IMG/VR virus record: IMGVR_UViG_3300021256_000009
Source of the DNA: an uncultured virus (IMG/VR IMGVR_UViG_3300021256_000009)
Taxonomy: Duplodnaviria > Heunggongvirae > Uroviricota > Caudoviricetes
Length of the DNA: 20,000 nucleotides
Strand: one strand, 5' to 3'
Below the pieces are notes generated by a model. It saw nothing but the letters and a program-made list of their open reading frames with translations. It searched no databases and had not been told where the DNA came from. The translations under genes were made by a program, and so were the position numbers. This document shows, piece after piece, positions 1 to 7,076 of the stretch. The stretch's first letter is position 1; every line of letters starts with the position of its first letter.

Positions 1-1301
1 ACCGGGTTTGCGTTAATGTAGTCCTTGAGGAAGAAACCCATTCCGGTGGCATCAAACGCAAAATTCTTCAGTGGAACGCCATATTTTGTTAGAGTCCCCT
101 CAATCCATGGGACGATAGCCTTCATGTCTCCCACATATGTTTCAATAGCGAACCATCGCAGTCCCTTCCATATTACCATCTGACAAGCATCTGGTTTTTT
201 AGACGAAGCCGATCCAGATATATCCATCGTGGCATACATATTCTCGTCATCGTTGATGGGATTGCTTGTGAAGTTGAGAATCATTTGCTTCGTGATGGAA
301 GATCGCTCGTTCTCTACCGGGCCGAAGTATGCTCCCTTTAGCACATTTCGCTGCGTCTTACCTACCGCATGAAGGTTGGCCACAGATCCACCACCAGTCG
401 CAGCGACAAGTTTTCTATTGTCAGCGGCTTCACCGGTAAACATTGTAAAACTTTTTACCATGTCGGCTTCGGTCAATCCTGCTGCCCGGTCTGCGTCAGA
501 AAGTTTGATGCCGGCAGCTTTTGCGACCTCTTCTGGCGTATCTCCTACAATTACATCATTGACATCATCCCCAGCAAAGTACATGTACTTTGTTACTCCA
601 TTCATGTCCGGATAGATGTAATATGTGTCGGGATTGATATAGCCGGCAAGTAGGAGTAGAGCTGTTGTCCAATGCGTAAACTCCGGGTTAAATGACATCG
701 CTATCTGCGGTTTCATACCGGATGAGTCTCTGTTTCGCGACATCCAATAAGTAAACATCTTGAATGTCATCGCAGTTCCTTCGTCGATCTGAATAAGGCT
801 TGCCTGGTTTTTTTTTGCGAGTTCCTTGAAGTCTTCCCACTCCGTTGGGTTGTCCACATTAAAGTTGCTGTGGATAAGCTGGACTGCAGAGTTGTATTTT
901 GGCCACGCGAATGTCGGAGAGTCGCTAGAGTTAACCTCGCAGTCGGCAAAATTACCAAGCAACTCCATCGCATCCCTGTAAATAGATGTTCCCTTCTTTG
1001 AATCCGCGAGCCTCATAGAAATAAAACGGCCAGCAAATCCAGGCTTGTCCATTCCGTAAAGGAACTTCATAAGCATTGCATACGTCTTGCCCATGGTTGC
1101 GGCACCGCAAAGAAAGATGATATTGCTATCGCACTGAAGAAAATTTTCTTGCAATCCTGGCTGTGGGATGAAGTCTACCTTCTCGCGTAAAGTGAAGTCG
1201 CCGACTTTATCCCAACCTTTGTCCTTTGCGGTCGGGAGTTTTCTTTCCACATGTTTGTACAGCGGAGGAAAGTTTGCGTCTTTGTTTACGAGTCGAAACA
1301 T
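1..1301 (-). CDS. terL: Large terminase subunit (3' end truncated by window edge)
   Basis: Hand translation of the minus strand from ATG at 1301 is open to base 1 (MFRLVNKDANFPPLYKHVERK...). It contains an adenine-binding-like PQPGLQ, Walker A IIFLCGAATMGKT (~1083-1120), Walker B LIQIDEG (~777-800), motif III MSFNP, and RNase H-like nuclease acidic motifs ATMDISGS and FAFDATGMG. It is absent from the ORF track because no stop occurs in the window. Confidence 0.92.
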   Translation of the reverse strand, partial: MFRLVNKDANFPPLYKHVERKLPTAKDKGWDKVGDFTLREKVDFIPQPGLQENFLQCDSNIIFLCGAATMGKTYAMLMKFLYGMDKPGFAGRFISMRLADSKKGTSIYRDAMELLGNFADCEVNSSDSPTFAWPKYNSAVQLIHSNFNVDNPTEWEDFKELAKKNQASLIQIDEGTAMTFKMFTYWMSRNRDSSGMKPQIAMSFNPEFTHWTTALLLLAGYINPDTYYIYPDMNGVTKYMYFAGDDVNDVIVGDTPEEVAKAAGIKLSDADRAAGLTEADMVKSFTMFTGEAADNRKLVAATGGGSVANLHAVGKTQRNVLKGAYFGPVENERSSITKQMILNFTSNPINDDENMYATMDISGSASSKKPDACQMVIWKGLRWFAIETYVGDMKAIVPWIEGTLTKYGVPLKNFAFDATGMGFFLKDYINANP

Positions 1302-1307
1302 ACATCG

Positions 1308-1340
1308 CAAAGATACGAAAAAGGGACGATTATTAGCAAA
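1308..1340 (-). promoter_or_regulatory. Bacteroidota housekeeping-sigma promoter for terL
   Basis: Minus strand reads TTTG (1340-1337), 21 nt, TATCTTTG (1315-1308), matching the -33 TTTG / -7 TAnnTTTG consensus; it ends 6 nt before the terL ATG. Confidence 0.75.
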
Positions 1341-1354
1341 TTCCATGCCCAACT

Positions 1355-1385
1355 TTTGTTTGTTTCAAGTTTTTTGATATATTTG
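1355..1385 (+). promoter_or_regulatory. Bacteroidota housekeeping-sigma promoter for the head/tail operon
   Basis: TTTG (1355-1358), 19 nt, TATATTTG (1378-1385), upstream of an A-rich leader and the ATG at 1417. Confidence 0.75.
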
Positions 1386-1416
1386 CGGCAAGAATTCATT
1401 TCTAACCTAAAAATAT

Positions 1417-2121
1417 ATGTTTAAGGAAAAAATCGTTGAAGGGCTCAGGGCGAAATCTGAAATCAAGCGTTTCGGGCTGAGCAACGAGGCTATTGATCGG
1501 ATTGCCTCGGCGAGAGAAAAGACGGTCACAGAAGAGTCGCAGGTTGAAACCGTCCTCACGGATGCAGAGACCATGAGACTTGTTGCCGAGGAGCTGATGA
1601 AGCATCGCGACCAGGAGATCACCAAGAGAACCGAGGCGCAGAGTGCTTTTGACGCTTACAAGGTGAAGCATCCCGAAAAGCAAGAGGAAGGGGAAGAAGG
1701 GAAAGGCGGTGAAGAACAGAAACCCGACATCGCAAAGATTGTCGCGGATGCTGTCGCCGCAGCCGTAAAGCCCGTCCAGGATGCTTTCGAGACATTCAAG
1801 TCGCAGACTTCCGCGAAGGAAGCGAAGACTCTGGCGAAGGACACCTTCTACGCGAACAAGTGGACAACGAAGTTCAAGGACGAGGCAGACGACGCTTGGG
1901 AACGCGCATCCGAGCTGAACGAAGCGAAGGGTGGCAACATGACTGCCGAGGAACTTTCCAACAAGGCCATGGAGTATTTCAAGGTTTACACCAACAGAAA
2001 GGGCACGGATGTGTCGAAGCCTTTCGAATCGGAGGGCGAACATGATGGCGACTTTGATTTCTCCGCCCAGGCTAAGTACCTCGAAGGCGAAGGTCTTCTG
2101 CCTCCCGAAGAAAAGAAGTAA
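1417..2121 (+). CDS. Putative capsid scaffolding protein
   Basis: 234-aa acidic, Ala/Glu/Lys-rich, helical-looking protein with a low-complexity linker (EKQEEGEEGKGGEEQKP). It lies directly upstream of the decoration and capsid genes, where scaffolds usually sit. Confidence 0.7.
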   Translation: MFKEKIVEGLRAKSEIKRFGLSNEAIDRIASAREKTVTEESQVETVLTDAETMRLVAEELMKHRDQEITKRTEAQSAFDAYKVKHPEKQEEGEEGKGGEEQKPDIAKIVADAVAAAVKPVQDAFETFKSQTSAKEAKTLAKDTFYANKWTTKFKDEADDAWERASELNEAKGGNMTAEELSNKAMEYFKVYTNRKGTDVSKPFESEGEHDGDFDFSAQAKYLEGEGLLPPEEKK

Positions 2122-2144
2122 GTTTAACCAAAAAGTTTTGACCA

Positions 2145-2516
2145 ATGAAAGACTACGGTAACTCTTTCAACAATGACAGCCAGAATTTCGCTGCCGGAAA
2201 GGTTCCCATTTGGCTCCATGCTGACGAGTTCTATCCGGCTGGCTGCACCCTGAACAATCAGACCCAGGGTACGACCATCCCCGCCGGCTCCGTCGTGTAT
2301 GTCCCGAAGATGGGTGGCGAGGCGACTGTCCTCGCTGCTGATGCCGCCGCTCCTGAAACTGGTGTCACTGGCCTCCTCCTTGAGGATGTCTACATCGGAA
2401 ATGTCGGCGCGACCGGCACCGTTGTCACCAAGGGACAGGTGCTTGCAAAGCGCATCCCGTCCATCTCTGCAGCCGTCAAGGCTCTTCTCCCTGGTATCAC
2501 TTTCGTAAACGAGTAG
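2145..2516 (+). CDS. Head decoration/cement protein (lambda gpD-like position)
   Basis: 123-aa beta-rich protein with a TIPAGSVV...GLLLEDV...GTVVTKGQV pattern typical of decoration proteins; located between scaffold and major capsid genes. Confidence 0.7.
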   Translation: MKDYGNSFNNDSQNFAAGKVPIWLHADEFYPAGCTLNNQTQGTTIPAGSVVYVPKMGGEATVLAADAAAPETGVTGLLLEDVYIGNVGATGTVVTKGQVLAKRIPSISAAVKALLPGITFVNE

Positions 2517-2520
2517 AACT

Positions 2521-3738
2521 ATGAATCAGTATTTTGGACTTGACACTCTGATGGCCTCCAACGGCATCACTTCGTCCGACGCCTTCATGGCGTACTACCT
2601 GCAGGTTCTCTCTCGTCGCGAGAGCCAGAATCTGAACGAAATCGGCTTCGAAGAGTGGGACACCCCGCAGATCGACTTCGACTACAAGATGCTTGAGGTC
2701 GAAGACCAGATCAAGGTGATGGCGACCTATGTCGACCTCAACTCCGATCCGATTCCTCTCGGAACCAAGGGCTTCAACACCCTGAGCGGTTCCATCCCTC
2801 GCCAGAAGGCTCGCTGGGAGCTTGGTGAAAACGACTACCGCAAGGAGCTGATCACCCTGCAGAACATCCAGGTGTCCGCCACCTTCATGAACCAGTCTCC
2901 CGCTGACGGTATCAAGAACTACCTCGCCAAGCTTCTCTTCGGCGGTCTGTCCGAGATTCAGGACGCCCACATCGGCTCCATCTCCTACCAGGTCGGCCAG
3001 ATGAAGTCTGCTGGTGCTGTCACTTTGACCAACACCAACAACCCTCGCGGTATCCAGAACATCACCTTCAGCGCCCAGATCCCCCAGGCGAACATCACCA
3101 CGCTGACCTCCACGAAGAAATGGTTCACCTCCGAAGCCAAGACCACTGAAGGTTCTGCGTCCGATCCGGTCAATGACCTCAAGAAGATGGTTCGCGACGC
3201 GAAGGAAGTGTACGACTCTGTGACCGTCGAGGTGAACGAGTCCTCCTTCTTCGAGGACATGAAGCACAGCAAGTGGAAGATCGCCCTGGGATACCAGATG
3301 ACTCCTTCCCTGCTTGTCTCCGCCGGCATGACCGCTGAGGCTCAGGCGACCGCCGCCGCTATCGCTGACACCGCTTCTGACGACGCCATCAAAGCCGCTT
3401 TCAAGGCCATTATCGGCGCCGACGAGGTCCTGTACAGCAAGACCCGCTGTGGTGTCGAGGTGTGGGATGACACTCAGAAGAAGCTCGTGCGAAACAAGCT
3501 CTGGGCCTTCAACAAGAACACCTATCTGGTGCGTCCTTCCGGAAAGGTCGGCATCAAGAAGAATGTCGTTCCGCTCCGTCCGGACCCGAGCGCGATCAGC
3601 GCGACGATCTTCGGAGGTCACGGCATCATCGAGTACCGGTACGATGCCCGCACCAAGTATCAGGACTGGGTTTCCGAACTCACCGTGCTGTGCGTTCCTA
3701 CCCGTCCTCGTGACATGTTTATCCTTCATACGATTTAG
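2521..3738 (+). CDS. Major capsid protein (HK97 fold, probably gpE-like)
   Basis: 405 aa, strong C-ending codon bias suggesting high expression, position after scaffold and decoration genes, and C-terminal LCVPTRPRDMFILHT resembling gpE-type capsid ends. Confidence 0.85.
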   Translation: MNQYFGLDTLMASNGITSSDAFMAYYLQVLSRRESQNLNEIGFEEWDTPQIDFDYKMLEVEDQIKVMATYVDLNSDPIPLGTKGFNTLSGSIPRQKARWELGENDYRKELITLQNIQVSATFMNQSPADGIKNYLAKLLFGGLSEIQDAHIGSISYQVGQMKSAGAVTLTNTNNPRGIQNITFSAQIPQANITTLTSTKKWFTSEAKTTEGSASDPVNDLKKMVRDAKEVYDSVTVEVNESSFFEDMKHSKWKIALGYQMTPSLLVSAGMTAEAQATAAAIADTASDDAIKAAFKAIIGADEVLYSKTRCGVEVWDDTQKKLVRNKLWAFNKNTYLVRPSGKVGIKKNVVPLRPDPSAISATIFGGHGIIEYRYDARTKYQDWVSELTVLCVPTRPRDMFILHTI

Positions 3739-3740
3739 TT

Positions 3741-4148
3741 ATGACTGTCGAAGAGTATCTGCGTAGTTTGGTCCCTGGTCTCGATCTCCAGGACACGGTT
3801 GTCGCCCGCGCCGCTAGAAGTCCCATCGAGGTAAAACTCGAGCGACTGGAAATCGACGAGGATATCGACGACTATGACGAGGACGAAGAGTTCCAGAAAC
3901 GGCTGGACTATGCCTCTTCGACAATCTACTATTCGGTGCTGGGAGTTTTCGCCGGCGGCGGTTATTCCGAACAGGTCGGAGATGTACGCGCCTCTCGGGG
4001 CGGATACACCATTACGATGGCGGACAGGGCTCGCTTCAAAGCAATGGGCGATGCCCTCCGCCTCAAATGGGGCTTCGATGTTGAAGAGGATGACTCCTCC
4101 AGCGAGATGTACGACGCGAGTTCTTTGAGAAGAAATGCAGTTTATTGA
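3741..4148 (+). CDS. Putative head-tail adaptor/connector
   Basis: 135 aa, first gene after the capsid gene; SEQVGDVRASRGG resembles the beta-hairpin of adaptor proteins. Call rests largely on synteny. Confidence 0.6.
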   Translation: MTVEEYLRSLVPGLDLQDTVVARAARSPIEVKLERLEIDEDIDDYDEDEEFQKRLDYASSTIYYSVLGVFAGGGYSEQVGDVRASRGGYTITMADRARFKAMGDALRLKWGFDVEEDDSSSEMYDASSLRRNAVY

Positions 4149-4473
4149 GTTTCGCGACACTTGCGTTATCTCAAGGGATAACGGCGGAAGGGATGAGTGG
4201 GATAACCCGATCAACCCGGAGACAATCTATGCCGGTCCTTGCCTTTACGAGGAGGGCGGCACAGGATACTCTAGGACATTTGTGACGAGAAATCCTCTTA
4301 TCTTCATCCCCGGCGTTGATGTCCAGGTGCGGATTAACGACTCTGTGGAAGTGACCACCGAGTTCGGACGGGTGATCAAATCCGTCAGCCGTATCGTCAG
4401 GGACATCAACATGCCATGGAGAACCAATGTGAAGCTGACTCGAATCGAACTGAAACAAGCACAAGGAGACTAG
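4135..4473 (+). CDS. Putative head closure (stopper) protein
   Basis: 112-aa beta-rich protein (CVISR...DEWDNP...IYAGPC...INDSVEV) typical of head-closure proteins; overlaps the preceding gene. Confidence 0.6.
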   Translation: MQFIEFRDTCVISRDNGGRDEWDNPINPETIYAGPCLYEEGGTGYSRTFVTRNPLIFIPGVDVQVRINDSVEVTTEFGRVIKSVSRIVRDINMPWRTNVKLTRIELKQAQGD

Positions 4474-4474
4474 G

Positions 4475-5065
4475 ATGGCAAGGTACGGCAAATCTGTTAG
4501 ATGGAGTAAATCAGTGAAGGGTTTCACTGAGGCCCTGGGTTATGCCGGAGAACACCTGAATAACTGGGCTAAGATGTGGATGTCTGAAGCCGTCCAGGAC
4601 TCTCTGTCTCAGATTGACGCAGACTGGGACAGGCACACGGAAGCGAAAAGCAAAACCGGGAAGAGAATGTCTTTCGGCGGATCTCACTTCTATCCATGGT
4701 ACTCTGGTAACCTTCACGATAGCGTCGCTGGCATAGTATCGGATAGACACAGAACTGTTGCTATCCATTATATGCCTGAAGACGCTGACGGGATCCAGAC
4801 CTATGGCGGTATGCCTATCGTCGGTTCAGAGTGGGCTATCCGCGAAGCTCAGAATATGCAGCGAGTCCTTCATTTTTATCCTGGGGTAGCAGCCACCGTC
4901 GTCGTAGGAGTACCATACGCAGATAAGGTTGACCAGATGCCTGAACACTCTGGCTATATGCGAGAACTTGCCGTCCAGTTCGCATCGAATGTCGAAGATT
5001 ACTTCACAAAGCGTGCCGGAGAATATCGTACTCGTGTGTTCGTAGCTGACAAGAAGAAGAAATGA
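4475..5065 (+). CDS. Putative neck/tail completion protein (HK97 gp10-like)
   Basis: Contains SGNLHDSV and VGVPYADKV, resembling the TGxLxxS and YAxxV motifs of this family; third neck gene. Confidence 0.6.
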   Translation: MARYGKSVRWSKSVKGFTEALGYAGEHLNNWAKMWMSEAVQDSLSQIDADWDRHTEAKSKTGKRMSFGGSHFYPWYSGNLHDSVAGIVSDRHRTVAIHYMPEDADGIQTYGGMPIVGSEWAIREAQNMQRVLHFYPGVAATVVVGVPYADKVDQMPEHSGYMRELAVQFASNVEDYFTKRAGEYRTRVFVADKKKK

Positions 5066-5565
5066 TCAAACCCTCATCCATAGAACCAGATGTTGAACTG
5101 CGGGATGTCCTGCAGGCATTGAACATCCATGTGGAGACTGTAAACGGCTCCCAGGAGAAAGTGGATGTCTACGGCGACTGGGAACGGTCTACCAATGACC
5201 TCCCTACCGACTTCATCGTTGTGTACAAGAACGGTACTATCGGTGGCGTCGGAATGGAGGTGGACTATGCGAGTGGTTACATCATGGTCAGTCTGTACTC
5301 AAAGATGAATGACGATGGATCTGTCAAGAAGAATCGTACGAAGAAACTGCTGAGTCAAATCGACGAAATATTCATAGAGCGTATAAAAGATCCTGAGACT
5401 AATCATGTGACGGAGCACTACAAAAACCTCGTTACCGACAAATATGTCTACAAATACGACGCCCCGCGATTCATAACTCCCACGACACCGAATCAAACAT
5501 CGGGATATTCAGTCACCACACTTAACCTTATGTGGCATACAAGAAACAATTTTAACTCTGAATAA
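5062..5565 (+). CDS. Putative tail terminator protein
   Basis: 167 aa immediately before the tail tube gene, with ATGA overlap to the previous gene; called from synteny. Confidence 0.55.
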   Translation: MIKPSSIEPDVELRDVLQALNIHVETVNGSQEKVDVYGDWERSTNDLPTDFIVVYKNGTIGGVGMEVDYASGYIMVSLYSKMNDDGSVKKNRTKKLLSQIDEIFIERIKDPETNHVTEHYKNLVTDKYVYKYDAPRFITPTTPNQTSGYSVTTLNLMWHTRNNFNSE

Positions 5566-5567
5566 CT

Positions 5568-6158
5568 ATGGCTATTGCAAAATTCGAAAATGCTCAGAAG
5601 CTGTTCGCAGGACAGGGCGACCTGGTAATCTTCGACGAAATCGCCGACTACGCTGGAGCAACGCTTTCCAGCCTTACCGGTCCTAAGTCTCTGGGTCAGA
5701 TTGTCCAGGACTCCACCACCTGGGAAGGCGAGGACATCTCCACCGACGAAATCCTCGACGAGCAGGGTAACCTCATCACCGCCCGCGTCACCGCCGGTAC
5801 GCTCGGTTTCTCCTTCGATATCGCCTCCACCTCCCCCGCGATGGTCAAGACTTTCCTGAAGGGTGTGGACATCACCGGAACCTCCCTTTCCGGTCTTTTC
5901 TGGGATGGCGACACCGCTGACAACACCGTCACCGCTGTCGGCTTCGGCACCGCTCTCCCTGTGATGACCCGCCCGATCGGCATCCTGAACGATGAGCTGA
6001 ACCGCGCCTGGATTTATCCGAAGGCGAAGATCACCGCCAACCTAACGCTGGCGGACGGTCTGTGGCGCATCCACGCTGTTGTCCTCGCCGAAAATGTGGA
6101 CAACCGCAACGACCAGGGACAGACCGTCCTTGCGACCGGTATGATCGTGGAGAAGTAA
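5568..6158 (+). CDS. Major tail (tube) protein
   Basis: 196-aa Thr/Gly-rich beta protein with the same high-expression codon bias as the capsid gene. It ends in a WIYPKAKITANL pattern and is followed by a terminator, chaperone and tape measure genes. Confidence 0.8.
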   Translation: MAIAKFENAQKLFAGQGDLVIFDEIADYAGATLSSLTGPKSLGQIVQDSTTWEGEDISTDEILDEQGNLITARVTAGTLGFSFDIASTSPAMVKTFLKGVDITGTSLSGLFWDGDTADNTVTAVGFGTALPVMTRPIGILNDELNRAWIYPKAKITANLTLADGLWRIHAVVLAENVDNRNDQGQTVLATGMIVEK

Positions 6159-6183
6159 CCACCTAAACCAACCTTTCTCACCT

Positions 6184-6215
6184 GGGGCGGGCCTTGCGCC
6201 CGTCCCTTTTCTTTT
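6184..6215 (+). terminator. Intrinsic terminator after the tail tube gene
   Basis: GGGGCGGGC-cttgc-GCCCGTCCC (9-bp stem with one G-U pair) followed by TTTTCTTTT. Confidence 0.85.
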
Positions 6216-6219
6216 AGAT

Positions 6220-6753
6220 ATGGAAAAATCCGCAAGTGAAAGATTTCTTAACGGCGCGTATGAGACGATTACTGGGGCGCCATGCACGGTCGTGATTGGC
6301 CGGAGGAAATACAAGGTCCGGCAGGTTGCCCAAGCCGTAAAAGAAAAGATTGCGCTTCTAGAACAAGAGGCGCAAGTACTTGAAGCAAAAGGCAAGCAGG
6401 GCGTGTCGCAGAAGGAAGCAAAGAAGATTACGCGAAAGCTGTTTTCTCTGCACTCTAAAAAGGCGGCGTATTACTTGCTCGGGAACTGGGCTCTATTTGT
6501 TCCAGGACTTTGGTGGCTAAAATGGCACATCCTTCAGCTTCGTGGAAACGAGACGACATTCAGAATCAACGAGGCGGGAGTCGTTAGTGCAGACCTGGGT
6601 TTTTCCAAGGCCAACTGGGATATCTCAAAGCAGGAACGCGAGCTTTATATGAGACCGGTTGGCGACGCCGCCAGGCAAACGCTAGAGCGGCTGGAAAGCG
6701 TAATGAATATGTTGGAAGAGGACGCTTTGGGGATAAAGGAGGAAAACAAATAG
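6220..6753 (+). CDS. Tail assembly chaperone (gpG-like)
   Basis: 177 aa, between the tail tube and tape measure genes; contains an in-frame slippery heptamer G GGT TTT at 6597-6603. Confidence 0.8.
   Translation: MEKSASERFLNGAYETITGAPCTVVIGRRKYKVRQVAQAVKEKIALLEQEAQVLEAKGKQGVSQKEAKKITRKLFSLHSKKAAYYLLGNWALFVPGLWWLKWHILQLRGNETTFRINEAGVVSADLGFSKANWDISKQERELYMRPVGDAARQTLERLESVMNMLEEDALGIKEENK
6597..6663 (+). promoter_or_regulatory. Programmed -1 ribosomal frameshift signal
   Basis: X XXY YYZ heptamer GGGTTTT (6597-6603) in the correct phase, a 6-nt spacer, then a stem GCCAACTGG (6610-6618) / CCGGTTGGC (6655-6663) with further inner pairing. Confidence 0.78.
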
Positions 6754-7076
6754 GGAGTGCATTCCTATCCTCCGAGCACAACGAAAGGATTAAGCATATT
6801 TACGGAAACTTCGGTTTCTGGTCGTGGTTCAGGTACTGGTATGTAGATTCCGCGAATTATGTAACAATGTTGTTACTTGACAAGAGTTACTTTGACTACG
6901 ATTATGAAAAGACAGAGCGGGAAGAAATCATTAAGTGGGAAGATACCGTGCGCTCGGATGAGGAAATCCGCGACATTATGGCCGGCTTCGGAATCGGCGT
7001 AAAGCGAAAGAAGAAGCCAGAAACTTTGGAAGAAATTCAAAATCACATCATAAAACAAGAAAGTTATGGCAGTTGA
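6603..7076 (+). CDS. -1 frameshift extension of the tail assembly chaperone (gpT-like part of a gpGT fusion, 6220..7076)
   Basis: The -1 frame is open from just after TAG at 6585-6587 to TGA at 7074-7076 (FQGQLGYLKAG...GNFGFWSWFRYWYVDSANYVTMLLLDKSY...). The listed 6867..7076 ORF is only its last part. Confidence 0.8.
   Translation, partial: FQGQLGYLKAGTRALYETGWRRRQANARAAGKRNEYVGRGRFGDKGGKQIGSAFLSSEHNERIKHIYGNFGFWSWFRYWYVDSANYVTMLLLDKSYFDYDYEKTEREEIIKWEDTVRSDEEIRDIMAGFGIGVKRKKKPETLEEIQNHIIKQESYGS

Noticed and set aside
808..816. A9 run in terL (minus strand) as a possible slippage or phase-variation site
   Set aside because: The frame is intact (A-K-K-N) and both shifted frames stop soon afterwards; nothing else supports programmed slippage.
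369..1377. Short ORFs 369..653, 376..615, 767..973 and 1168..1377
   Set aside because: All overlap terL or its promoter region in other frames or on the opposite strand.
2497..3729. 410-aa antisense ORF over the capsid gene (also 1402..2145 over the scaffold and 7374..8066 over the tape measure gene)
   Set aside because: These are shadow ORFs expected from the strong codon bias of the sense genes; they show no recognisable motifs or expression signals.
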